In this document: piece by piece, positions 1-8,722 of the stretch
Layout of the letters: every line of letters starts with the position of its first letter
How positions within the stretch are numbered: the stretch's first letter is position 1
NCBI GenBank assembly: GCA_041178085.1
Contig: JBEGVZ010000008.1
Location: 1-15,796, forward strand
Origin: Pseudomonadota bacterium
GTDB taxonomy: Bacteria > Bdellovibrionota_B > Oligoflexia > Oligoflexales > RGVZ01
DNA: 15,796 nucleotides
Direction: 5' to 3'
The notes under the pieces: model-generated
The model's input: only the letters and a program-made list of their open reading frames with translations
What the model was told of the DNA's origin: nothing
Database searches by the model: none
Program-made: the position numbers and the translations under genes

Positions 1-1069
1 GTTTGCGGTAGGTCTCCTCCAGGAAATCATTCAAGTACTCCAGATGGTGATCGACCTGCGCACTGCTCTTGCGCGTAAAACGCATCGACGTCCCGGAGAT
101 GGGAAACAAAGCATCCGAATCGCCCGAGATCACCGACACTGCGTCTCGATAGAAGCGCTGGAAATCTGGAAGCCAACTGGTCACCTGTACGGGGCGGATT
201 TCTGCCCCGATACTTGGCGGCATCGCCGGCGCGACATCAAAGTCTGTAAGCCACTCAACCCTGTCGCCACTCACATTGGCAACAAAGCTAACAGGTGCAT
301 CGTTGAAAAGGGCAGGCTGAGGTAATTCAATGCCGAACCTGCGCGCCGCAGCCGGCGCACACTGCGCGTAAAGAGGACGCAGGTCCGGATTGTTCCAGGC
401 CGACAGAACGGAATTTCCTCCGTCCTGGTCCACCCAAATGATGTCCCCGAAAACTGGCTTCGAATCGAGGTCGTCGAAGTCAAGGAAGTCATCGAAAATC
501 AGATGATGATCGGAATCACTGGCTGTGTCGTATTGCACGGGTAGATGGAAGTGGGGCTCGTCCCCTGCGTCCTCGCTATCTTGGAGGACATCCGCACCAA
601 GCCATATCCAGGGCGAAGATGCGTCAACGCGGTAACGCGCCCAAGTCCATGTATCCTCGCCCAGAGCACTGCGCGTAGGCCAGCCCTCAAACTGAAGGCT
701 GCGTCCCGCGGCGTTTGCCGATAATTCACGGGCAAGGCGCTGCAACTGCGCCTCACCTGCCACTCTTTGATCTCTGCGAATCGCCGGCCTGCCGGCAAGA
801 TGAATGCGACTCCGAAGGTGAGGGAGCGCCTTTCGCCCCGTCTGAAATGGCGGTGTCCGCTCTGAGTTTGCATAGGGAACTTCACCTGGGCGCAAACCAG
901 GAGCAATCGAACTCAATGGCGCAAAACGCACATCGACCGGCGCGGGAAGCAGGCCGAGCCTATCACGAGACGGGCAATCGACCGCAGCTTGCTGCTGACG
1001 CGCAGCCGACGCCACCGCAGCGCCCAGGCAAATCGAAACAAGAACGGTCTTTAAAGGCAAACCCTGCAA
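1..1069 (-). CDS. Secreted protein, probably an M28-family peptidase with a long N-terminal extension (3'-truncated at window edge)
   Basis: Not in the ORF track. Manual translation gives a stop-free minus-strand frame from TTG 1069 (GGAG at 1080-1077) to the window edge, 356 codons: MQGLPLKTVLVSICLGAAVASAA (signal peptide-like)...YRDAVSVISGDSDALFPISGTSMRFTRKSSAQVDHHLEYLNDFLEETYRK. The last segment resembles, from memory, the region preceding an M28 catalytic domain. Catalytic motifs would lie outside the window, so the CDS is well supported and the product is tentative. Confidence 0.6.
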   Translation of the reverse strand, partial: MQGLPLKTVLVSICLGAAVASAARQQQAAVDCPSRDRLGLLPAPVDVRFAPLSSIAPGLRPGEVPYANSERTPPFQTGRKALPHLRSRIHLAGRPAIRRDQRVAGEAQLQRLARELSANAAGRSLQFEGWPTRSALGEDTWTWARYRVDASSPWIWLGADVLQDSEDAGDEPHFHLPVQYDTASDSDHHLIFDDFLDFDDLDSKPVFGDIIWVDQDGGNSVLSAWNNPDLRPLYAQCAPAAARRFGIELPQPALFNDAPVSFVANVSGDRVEWLTDFDVAPAMPPSIGAEIRPVQVTSWLPDFQRFYRDAVSVISGDSDALFPISGTSMRFTRKSSAQVDHHLEYLNDFLEETYRK

Positions 1070-1090
1070 GTTCGCACTCCGCTATGAAAA

Positions 1091-1759
1091 TCAATCGAGG
1101 CGCGTGATTGCATCCCGGTCGAAAGACGACGGCACCTGACCACCGGGATTCCGGATGGTCATGCCAAACTGGAAGTGTTTGACATGGATATCCACATCAT
1201 GCCAGCGATCCATGAATTCAGAGCGCGGGATAAACGTGTAATTCCCCCGCGCAGAGGGATCCATCATGTAAACGTTTTCGTGATCGATTCCGTTGACGAC
1301 CACAAAATGACCGTCGTCCCAGTTTGTGCGCCAGTCAATGTCCGGTGAATCCCGGTAAGCCTGAATCAAGACAAGGACGGGTGTCCCGGCTTTGACGGAC
1401 TGCTCAAGCGAATCGAGGGTCCAGCCATCACTCCAATCGACCACCAGACCCAGAGAGCGCGCGTAACGGAAGATGTTTGCAATCGTCGTCCCATGAACAT
1501 TGTCTGACTTCATTTCACGGGCAAGGTGATCTTCGGAAAAATCAAACGCGGGGTTCAACCAGTGCAGGAGCGATCCTACAGCTGCTGCACCACACGTGTA
1601 ATTCGTCGCTTGTCTGGTGATGGGAAGGTGAATCAGTCCAGGAACATTGCCAACGCGGGGTTGGTCACCGGTTGCGGCCGGCCGTGATGCCGGACCCATG
1701 CCAAGCAAGATCCCTGCGAGGCCAAGCGATGCCAGCTTCATCTTGAACACTGATCGCAC
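1091..1759 (-). CDS. Stand-alone C39-like (papain-fold) cysteine peptidase with signal peptide
   Basis: Motifs RQATNYTCGAAA (oxyanion Q, catalytic C), GTT, PVLVLI, GHFVVVNGID (H) and MMDPS (D). Hydrophobic N-terminus MKLASLGLAGILLGMG. No ABC-transporter domain. Start is GTG 1759 or the ATG six codons downstream. Confidence 0.85.
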   Translation of the reverse strand: MRSVFKMKLASLGLAGILLGMGPASRPAATGDQPRVGNVPGLIHLPITRQATNYTCGAAAVGSLLHWLNPAFDFSEDHLAREMKSDNVHGTTIANIFRYARSLGLVVDWSDGWTLDSLEQSVKAGTPVLVLIQAYRDSPDIDWRTNWDDGHFVVVNGIDHENVYMMDPSARGNYTFIPRSEFMDRWHDVDIHVKHFQFGMTIRNPGGQVPSSFDRDAITRLD

Positions 1760-1848
1760 TGCTTAAGTGTCCCTGCGATTTACAAGGCGGCTCAAAGGTG
1801 AACACATCGAACACCAATTCCGTGAACCGCTGCACTGAACTTGGGCCC

Positions 1849-1865
1849 TGCAAAACCTTCGCCAG
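1849..1865 (-). promoter_or_regulatory. Candidate sigma-54 (-24/-12) promoter for the C39/M28-like peptidase pair
   Basis: Minus strand reads CTGGCGAAGGTTTTGCA, with GG-N10-GC spacing. It matches YTGGCACNNNNNTTGCW except GA for AC and lies about 90 nt upstream of the C39 start. Confidence 0.4.
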
Positions 1866-1958
1866 AGCGTTTTGCCAGGAAATTCCGATGCGGACTTTTT
1901 TAACTTCTAGTAATACGTTTACCCCAGACAACCCGGCTTCCACAAGGACAAACCCGGC

Positions 1959-3134
1959 GTGAAATTTTTCTGGACATGGGCCCGTCAGAAGAGCGCAGCG
2001 CACCCGGAAATCTCGGGCAGCGAAGGCTGTTGGATCCGCGCAACGGATGGCGCACAGATCCTCGACGCCATGTCCAGCAACTTTCAAGCCGCCTTTGGCC
2101 ACAGCTGTGCGCCTGTCAAGACAGCCATCCACCGCCAGATCGATGAAATGCCACTGGCGAGCCCGAAACACAACTTTGCACTGAAAAGAACCGTCAGCGA
2201 AAAGCTCTGTGCCCTGGTCCAAAGCGGACCAGGGCGGATCTTCTTCACAGTCTCTGGGGCTGAATCCGTCGAAAATGCGCTGAAGATGGCGCGTCAAGTG
2301 ACTGGCCGTCCGCTGGTGGTGGCGCGCTCAAAGAGCTACCACGGCGCGACCATGGGAGCGATGTCGGTGACCGGTGACTGGCGCGGTCAGGGCCACTTTG
2401 GAGTGCAGGCGTCGACCATTCGCATCCCGGAGCCGGCCGATGATCCCGATCTTGTCGCAACCAGACAAATCATCGCCGACGCCGGCCCACAGAATATTGC
2501 CGCCATGTGTCTTGAAACCATCTCAGGGATGAATGGCGTCATTATTCCGCCGATGTCCTGGTGGCAGGGGATTTCGGCGTTGTGCAGGGAACATGGAATC
2601 CTGCTCATTGTGGACGAAGTGAGCTGCGGATTCTGGCGCACAGGTGCCCCCCTGGCCTTGCATCATTACGGACTGAAACCAGATTTTGTGTGCATGGCAA
2701 AGGCCATCTCTGCTGGCTATGTGCCGTTTGGTGCCCTCTGGGCAAGTGAAACGGTGGCGTCCTATTACGATCAACAGGTGCTGTCCGCTGGGCTTACCGC
2801 CTATGCCCATCCCGTCGGACTTGCGGCGACCAATGCGGTCCTCGACCTGCTCAAGGATGGTTCATTTCAGTCGCAACTGCGCAATGTATCGGCGCGCTTT
2901 GGACAACTCATAAACCAGCTGCGCGCGCACCATCGCGTCAAAACCACGCGCTGGATAGGCATGATGGCTGCCATCGATTTGGAGCCGGGGCCGGCAATCT
3001 CGCAGGAATCTGCGTGGAGGCACGGGCTGCACATTGCCATCAAGGATGAAACCATCATCCTGGCGCCGCCACTCGTGACCGACGAGGCAACCATGGACGA
3101 AATGTTCAAGCGCTTGCGTGCCCTGCTTGAATAA
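1959..3134 (+). CDS. Class III PLP aminotransferase (beta/omega-amino acid type, FxWxxQ subfamily)
   Basis: FTVSGAESVENALKMAR, SYHGAT, ETISG, DEVSCGFWRTG, MAKAISAGYVP (PLP lysine), GLTAYAHP and LAPPL. GTG start with AAGGA upstream. Confidence 0.9.
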   Translation: MKFFWTWARQKSAAHPEISGSEGCWIRATDGAQILDAMSSNFQAAFGHSCAPVKTAIHRQIDEMPLASPKHNFALKRTVSEKLCALVQSGPGRIFFTVSGAESVENALKMARQVTGRPLVVARSKSYHGATMGAMSVTGDWRGQGHFGVQASTIRIPEPADDPDLVATRQIIADAGPQNIAAMCLETISGMNGVIIPPMSWWQGISALCREHGILLIVDEVSCGFWRTGAPLALHHYGLKPDFVCMAKAISAGYVPFGALWASETVASYYDQQVLSAGLTAYAHPVGLAATNAVLDLLKDGSFQSQLRNVSARFGQLINQLRAHHRVKTTRWIGMMAAIDLEPGPAISQESAWRHGLHIAIKDETIILAPPLVTDEATMDEMFKRLRALLE

Positions 3135-3143
3135 GGAGAACGG

Positions 3144-3860
3144 ATGAACGGAAGCATCGCTAAAAAGCGTACCACCAAAGTGTTTGAGTCGGGCACGGCG
3201 GCCCTTGCCGACTTGAAGTCCGGCATGAGCATCATGAGCGGCGGTTTCGGCCTTTGCGGCATACCAGAAAACAGCATCGACGCCATCGCAAGCATGCCCG
3301 TCACTGAGCTGACCGTCATCTCGAATAACATCGGCAACTCTGGGCGTGGCCTTGTCAAGCTGTTGCAAAACCGCCAGATCAAAAATGCAATCTGCACGTA
3401 CGTGGGGGGCAACCCGGACCTTGAAAAGCAAATGCTCTCCGGTGAGGTCAACGTTCAGCTTGTTCCGCAGGGTACTTTCAGTGAAAGGATCCGCGCTGCA
3501 GGCCTTGGCATCCGCGCGTTCTTTACCCCGACCGGGGCAGGAACCGTCATTGCCGAAGGCAAGGAAGTCCGCATGTTCGATAAACCCTGCGTACTCGAAA
3601 TGCCGTTGCATGCGGACTTCGCCATCATCAAGGCGCAGCGCGGAGACACCTTCGGTAATCTCTGGTTCAAGGAATCCGCCCGGAACTTTTCACCCCTCAT
3701 GGCAATGGCAGCAAAGACCACCATTGTGGAAGTCGAGGAACTGGTGCCCATGGGAGAAATCCCGCCTGAGGATGTCCATCTTCCCGGCATCTTCGTGCAG
3801 CGCATTTACCGCGGCAAGGATTACCGCAACGACATCGAAATCCTCAAAGTGAAATCGTGA
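3144..3860 (+). CDS. scoA: 3-oxoacid CoA-transferase subunit A (ScoA/AtoD/PcaI family)
   Basis: GGFGLCGIPEN, ISNN, YVGGN, PQGTFSERIRAAG, GNL...ARNFSPLMAMAA and VHLPGIFV. SD AAGGAG at 3133-3138. Substrate is not resolved from sequence. Confidence 0.9.
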   Translation: MNGSIAKKRTTKVFESGTAALADLKSGMSIMSGGFGLCGIPENSIDAIASMPVTELTVISNNIGNSGRGLVKLLQNRQIKNAICTYVGGNPDLEKQMLSGEVNVQLVPQGTFSERIRAAGLGIRAFFTPTGAGTVIAEGKEVRMFDKPCVLEMPLHADFAIIKAQRGDTFGNLWFKESARNFSPLMAMAAKTTIVEVEELVPMGEIPPEDVHLPGIFVQRIYRGKDYRNDIEILKVKS

Positions 3861-3870
3861 GGTGATGCCA

Positions 3871-4554
3871 GTGAAACCATGGTCTAAAGACGAAATGCTT
3901 GATCAGGTCATCAACCTGTTCCACCAGGGGTGCAGCGTTAATCTGGGCATCGGACTGCCCACGGCGATCCCGGAGATCCTCGCAGCGCGGAACGCGCGCG
4001 GCCCGGTCAACGACGTGCTCGATATTTTTATCCAGTCGGAAAACGGCGTCCTTGGTGTCGCAGGACGACCGGCCATGGGCGAGGAATCCGCTACCCTGAT
4101 CAACGCAGGAAAAGAAACCATCAGCATCCGGCCAGGGGCAAGTTTTTTTGACAGCGCCCTCAGCTTCGGAATGATCCGCGGTGGACACATCGACTTTTGT
4201 ATTCTTGGAGGCATGGAAGTGGACGCTGATGGCAGCCTTGCCAACTGGATTGTCCCCGGCCAAAAAGTCACTGGCATGGGCGGGGCCATGGATCTTGTCC
4301 ACGGCGCCAAACAAGTCGTAGTCGTGATGACCCATTTCAACAAGGCCGGCGAAACCAAACTCAAACCGAAATGCACACTGCCACTAACGGGCATGAATTG
4401 CGTGAACCTTGTGGTCACGGAGCTTGGCATGTTCGCTCCCGGATCCGGGAGGTTCAAGATTCGCAAGCTGGCCCCCGGCGTCGCCATCGATGACCTTAAA
4501 CTTGCCAGCAGCTTGATCAACACGGATGAATTGCATGAACCAGCGCCGTATTGA
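3871..4554 (+). CDS. scoB: 3-oxoacid CoA-transferase subunit B (ScoB/AtoA/PcaJ family)
   Basis: VNLGIGLPT, QSENG (catalytic Glu), FGMIRGGHID, GMGGAMDLV and CTLPLTG. GTG 3871 is preferred because GAGGTG lies 6 nt upstream. Starts at 3862 or 3865 are also possible. Confidence 0.9.
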   Translation: MKPWSKDEMLDQVINLFHQGCSVNLGIGLPTAIPEILAARNARGPVNDVLDIFIQSENGVLGVAGRPAMGEESATLINAGKETISIRPGASFFDSALSFGMIRGGHIDFCILGGMEVDADGSLANWIVPGQKVTGMGGAMDLVHGAKQVVVVMTHFNKAGETKLKPKCTLPLTGMNCVNLVVTELGMFAPGSGRFKIRKLAPGVAIDDLKLASSLINTDELHEPAPY

Positions 4555-5722
4555 ATTGAACATCCGCAAGGATACGGAACAACCCGTTTTTTGGGGCGGA
4601 ATGCGTACGCCGTTTGGTCTGGCCCAGCGTGGCAGCCTGAAGGACATCCGCCCGGATGACCTGCTTTGTGACTTGCTCAGGTCCCACCGGGATCGCTTCG
4701 CAGCAGTGTGGCAGGGCGAATACTCGCCGTCCGAAATGATTGCGGGATGCGCGTATCCAGAGGGCGAACAAGGCTACAACGTTGGACGGACGGCAGCACT
4801 CGGTACTGGCATTGACCTGCCCGCAGCAACCATCAACCGCTTGTGCGGGTCGGCCCTTGATGCCGCTGCCATGGCGGCAGCGGGAGTCGTATCCGGTCGT
4901 GGGCAGTCGTGGCTGGTCGCGGGCGTCGAATCGATGTCGCGCGTTCCACGACGCGGGGCAAATTTCTCGGAATCCGCCGCCATCAGGGAATCTGCCCCAC
5001 AGACATACGTCACCATGGGCGAGACGGCAGAAAACCTTGCCCGCAAGTATCCGCGTATCAGCCGGGCAGCGCAGGAGGAATTTGCGGCTGGCAGCCACGC
5101 AGCTTCCTACATGGCCTGGGAGACTGGATTTTACAATAATCACGTCACTTCCGTGCACGGCTTGGCCCGTGACGAGTCCATCCGTTTTCCCGCGAACCTG
5201 GAAAAAATGGCAACACTGAAACCCGCCTTCATCGAGGGCGGCGTGATCACGGCAGCAACCAGTTCACCGATGAGTGACGGTGCCGCAGCCGCCCTCGTTA
5301 CCTCGGAACGCATTGCCCGCAACCTCCGCGCCCATTCGTACCTGCGCATCATCGACGTTGCAGTGGCACACGTGGCCCCGGAACTGATGGGCCTTGGGCC
5401 GGTGCCGGCGACCAGAAAGATCCTGGCGCGAAACGGCATCGACATCAGGGACATACGCGCCGTTGAAATGAACGAAGCTTTTGCCGTCCAAGTCATGGCC
5501 TGCATCGAAGAACTTGGCATCGACCTGCAGCTGGTCAACACCCACGGCGGTGCCCTTGCCATCGGACATCCGCTTGGGGCCAGCGGCCTTCGACTGCTCA
5601 TGACCCTTGCGGAAAGAATGAATCAAAACTCAGAACATGGCGAACTTGGCCTGGCGACACTTTGTGTCGGTGGAGGCCAGGGGATCGCCATGCTTTGTCA
5701 GCACGTCAATCACAGGAACTGA
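4526..5722 (+). CDS. Thiolase (acetyl-CoA C-acyltransferase, FadA/PcaF-like)
   Basis: RTPFG...RPDDL, INRLCGS (nucleophile Cys), GVESMS, NEAFA, GHPLGASG and CVGGGQG. Start is uncertain (4526, 4535 or TTG 4556) and overlaps or abuts the scoB stop. Confidence 0.92.
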   Translation: MNCMNQRRIELNIRKDTEQPVFWGGMRTPFGLAQRGSLKDIRPDDLLCDLLRSHRDRFAAVWQGEYSPSEMIAGCAYPEGEQGYNVGRTAALGTGIDLPAATINRLCGSALDAAAMAAAGVVSGRGQSWLVAGVESMSRVPRRGANFSESAAIRESAPQTYVTMGETAENLARKYPRISRAAQEEFAAGSHAASYMAWETGFYNNHVTSVHGLARDESIRFPANLEKMATLKPAFIEGGVITAATSSPMSDGAAAALVTSERIARNLRAHSYLRIIDVAVAHVAPELMGLGPVPATRKILARNGIDIRDIRAVEMNEAFAVQVMACIEELGIDLQLVNTHGGALAIGHPLGASGLRLLMTLAERMNQNSEHGELGLATLCVGGGQGIAMLCQHVNHRN

Positions 5723-5727
5723 CTTTC

Positions 5728-7296
5728 ATGCCAACCCGCATCACTTACACAACGGCCTACACTCCCGAGGAACTCAACGCGATCAACTCCTCGTTCGACG
5801 CGGAAGTCACCAAGCACACAAATAGCCTTGGCCGAGAGTTTCCGGCCCTGATTGGCTACCAGAACCGCACGGGATCAACCTTCAACTTTGATTCCGTCAA
5901 CCCGTCCCGCACAACGCAAGCGCTACATCGCTTCGGCGAATTACCGGTTGCTGCCTTGGACGAAATGGTTGCCTTGGCGAACAAAGCGCAAAAATCCTGG
6001 GGAGCGCTTCCTTGGCATGACCGCGTGACCATGATGCGCAAAGCTGCAGACGTGATCCGCGAGCGAAAGATGACACTGGCCGCGGCGGTTTGCATGGAGA
6101 CAGGCAAGAATCGCATGGAGGCTCTGGGTGACGTCGAGGAATCATCCGACCTGATCGACTACTACGCCACCCAACTGGAGATGGCGGACGGCTTCTACCA
6201 ACCTCTTGCCAGCCTGCTCCCCGGTGAGGTGACTGGCAGCTGGCTTCGCCCTTACGGCGTTTTTACTGTGATTGCGCCCTTTAATTTTCCGGTAGCGCTG
6301 GCCGCAGGCATGGCGGGGGCCGCCATGCTAGGGGGTAACTCTGTCATTTTGAAACCCAGTGAGGACACACCGTGGTCTGGTGAACTTCTTCTCCAAGTCA
6401 TGCGCGATGCAGGCATTCCCGAAGGGGTTTTCCAACTGTGCCAGGGGCGCGGCAGTGTGGTCGGCAATGCCCTTGTGCGCCATGACGGCATTGCTGGCGT
6501 TGCCTTCACTGGCAGCGTCAAGACAGGGATGGCGATTCACAATATTTGTGCTTCTGGGCGATGGATCAAGCCATGCCTGATGGAACTTGGCGGGAAAAAT
6601 GGCGTGATCATCATGCCCGGCGCGAACTTGGATGACGCTGCGACAGGCTCGATCAAATCCGCCTTTGGCCTGTCAGGCCAAAAGTGCAGCGCCCTTTCCC
6701 GTATCATTGTCCATCAGGACATCAAGGATGCGCTCATCGAGCGTCTGGCTGCGGTAGCACAAACGTGGGTAGTTGCCGAAGCCACGCGCCACGAATGCAG
6801 CCTTGGGCCCGTCATCAACGCCGCCTCGGTTGCCCGTGCGGAACGTTCCGCGGCACTGGCAGCAACATCTGGTGGTCGCATAATTTATCGCCATCAGAAT
6901 GTCGCTACGGATAATCCTGCGGGTCACTATGTCATGCCGGTCCTCGCGGAACTTCCTCCATCACATGAACTCATGCAGCAGGAACTTTTCCTGCCGTTTG
7001 CTGGAATCACTGCGGTTCGTTCGTTTGAAGAGGCCATTTCTGTCTTGAACAACACCGACTTTGGATTGACGGCCGGAATTTTCTCTGGTGACGACCGTGA
7101 AGTAGAGCGCTTCTTTGAAGAAGCAGAAGCAGGCGTCCTTTACGCCAACAGAAAAACTGGCGCGACCACCGGTGCATGGCCCGGAGTCCAGTCTTTCTGC
7201 GGCTGGAAAGCCAGCGGCGGCAGCGGCAAGGGTGGCTGCGGCCCTTGGTACGTATCCCAATTCATGCGCGAACAATCACGGACCTGGATGAAATAA
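5728..7296 (+). CDS. Aldehyde dehydrogenase, 1-pyrroline-5-carboxylate dehydrogenase-like
   Basis: IAPFNFP, LKPSE, FTGS, MELGGKN (Glu), GQKCSA (Cys, P5CDH-type context), ELFLP and GLTAG, plus a variant C-terminus TTGAWPGVQSFCGWKASG. ATG 5728 follows AGGA and lies just after the thiolase stop. Confidence 0.9.
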   Translation: MPTRITYTTAYTPEELNAINSSFDAEVTKHTNSLGREFPALIGYQNRTGSTFNFDSVNPSRTTQALHRFGELPVAALDEMVALANKAQKSWGALPWHDRVTMMRKAADVIRERKMTLAAAVCMETGKNRMEALGDVEESSDLIDYYATQLEMADGFYQPLASLLPGEVTGSWLRPYGVFTVIAPFNFPVALAAGMAGAAMLGGNSVILKPSEDTPWSGELLLQVMRDAGIPEGVFQLCQGRGSVVGNALVRHDGIAGVAFTGSVKTGMAIHNICASGRWIKPCLMELGGKNGVIIMPGANLDDAATGSIKSAFGLSGQKCSALSRIIVHQDIKDALIERLAAVAQTWVVAEATRHECSLGPVINAASVARAERSAALAATSGGRIIYRHQNVATDNPAGHYVMPVLAELPPSHELMQQELFLPFAGITAVRSFEEAISVLNNTDFGLTAGIFSGDDREVERFFEEAEAGVLYANRKTGATTGAWPGVQSFCGWKASGGSGKGGCGPWYVSQFMREQSRTWMK

Positions 7297-7329
7297 ATAG
7301 AAACTCGGACGATTTGACCGGAGGACATC

Positions 7330-8685
7330 ATGAACCCATCCAAAATTGAAAAACTATTTCCGAAGGTTTCCGGTCCGCTGCCCGGCCCCCGGGGACGGGC
7401 GATCATCGCCCAGGATGAATCTTGTACCTCTCCTTCCTATATCAAGGAGTATCCGCTGGTTGCTGACCGCGGACAGGGCTGCTTCATTGATGATGTCGAT
7501 GGTAACCGCTTTTTGGACATGATGGCAGGAATCGCCGTCAGCGCGACCGGCTATGCACATCCTCATGTGATGGGGGCTGTGCGCGAAGCCCTCGACAAAG
7601 TCTGGCACGTCTGTGGCACTGATTTTTATACAGATTCGTTTTCGCGGCTTTGCGCCAAGCTTTCTGGTTACGTCCCGGACATGGGCAAAAAACGCGTCTT
7701 CCTGACCAACTCCGGCACAGAAGCCATCGAAGGTGCAATGAAGTTGGCGCGTTATCACACCCGTCGCAAAGGTTTTCTCTCGTTTTATGGCGGCTTTCAC
7801 GGGCGGACGCTGGGAGCCTTGTCCCTCACGGCATCCAAGATCCGGCAACGGGAGCACTTCGGCCCGTTCATCCCGGGTATCGTCCACGCAGAGTACCCGG
7901 ACGTCCTGCGTCGCCCTGTGGGAATGACGCCAGAGGAATGCGGGCTGGAGGCGATTCGCAAGATCGAACGCAGCCTGTTCAACAAAGTCGTCTCCCCCAA
8001 CGAACTTGCAGCCATCTTTGTCGAACCAATCCAGGGAGAAGGCGGCTATGTCGTCCCGCCGAAATCATTTCTGAAGGGCCTCCGGGAACTCTGCGACCGC
8101 CACGGAATCCTGCTGGTTTTTGATGAAGTGCAGAGTGGCGTGGGCCGCACCGGGGAAATGTACGCAGCGGAATATTTTGATGTCGCTCCCGACATACTTC
8201 TTTCTGCAAAGGGACTCGGCTCTGGTCTGCCGATCGGCGCCATCATTGCACGCGAAAACGTCATGACCTGGACTCGCGGCACCCATGGCAGCACGTTTGG
8301 GGGCAATAATGTCTCCTGTGCGGCGGCCATCGCAACCCTGGAAGTGGTTGAGCGCATGCTGCCCGAGATCCGCAAAAACGGGGAACTGCTGTCGGCCGGG
8401 CTGCGCGACCTGGGCAAGAAGCACGCGGCCATCATGGATGTCCGCGGCCCTGGCTTCATGATCGGAATGGAAATGGCAGATCCGGCCTCGGGCGCCCCCG
8501 TCCCGGAACTCATGGCCGACCTGGAACAGATGGCCTTCCGCGAAGGGCTGTTGCTGCTGGGCTGCGGAGCCTCGACCATCCGTTTTGCCCCGCCCCTTGT
8601 CTGTGGCGCACATGAAATCGCGATTGCACTGGAAATTCTTGATCGATGCCTGACAAAATTGACGCCAAAGCATAAGATGTCTTGA
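7330..8685 (+). CDS. Class III omega-aminotransferase (4-aminobutyrate/ornithine/lysine omega-AT type)
   Basis: LPGP...SPSY..YPLV, DVDGNRFLDMMAGIAV, NSGTEAIE, FHGRT, EPIQGEGGY, DEVQSGVGRTG, SAKGLGSG (PLP lysine) and HGSTFGGN. SD GGAGG. Confidence 0.9.
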   Translation: MNPSKIEKLFPKVSGPLPGPRGRAIIAQDESCTSPSYIKEYPLVADRGQGCFIDDVDGNRFLDMMAGIAVSATGYAHPHVMGAVREALDKVWHVCGTDFYTDSFSRLCAKLSGYVPDMGKKRVFLTNSGTEAIEGAMKLARYHTRRKGFLSFYGGFHGRTLGALSLTASKIRQREHFGPFIPGIVHAEYPDVLRRPVGMTPEECGLEAIRKIERSLFNKVVSPNELAAIFVEPIQGEGGYVVPPKSFLKGLRELCDRHGILLVFDEVQSGVGRTGEMYAAEYFDVAPDILLSAKGLGSGLPIGAIIARENVMTWTRGTHGSTFGGNNVSCAAAIATLEVVERMLPEIRKNGELLSAGLRDLGKKHAAIMDVRGPGFMIGMEMADPASGAPVPELMADLEQMAFREGLLLLGCGASTIRFAPPLVCGAHEIAIALEILDRCLTKLTPKHKMS

Positions 8686-8722
8686 GTCAAAAATAGCAAT
8701 CTTCCGTGGGGGTCAAGGATCG

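Noticed and set aside
1067..1093. Readthrough fusion of the C39 gene and the downstream gene, which share a reading frame
   Set aside because: Two stops intervene (TGA TTT TCA TAG), and the downstream gene has its own SD, TTG start and signal peptide.
44..1107. ORF-track entries 44..325, 271..492, 499..906 and 715..1107
   Set aside because: They are shadow frames of the long minus-strand CDS 1..1069 and show no recognisable motifs.
1925..1958. Short direct repeat AACCCGGC twice before the operon start
   Set aside because: Only two 8-nt copies, compatible with chance, and not CRISPR-like.
3144..5722. Aromatic-degradation (pca/cat) cluster
   Set aside because: No dioxygenase, lactonising enzyme or enol-lactone hydrolase genes are present, and the neighbours are aminotransferases.
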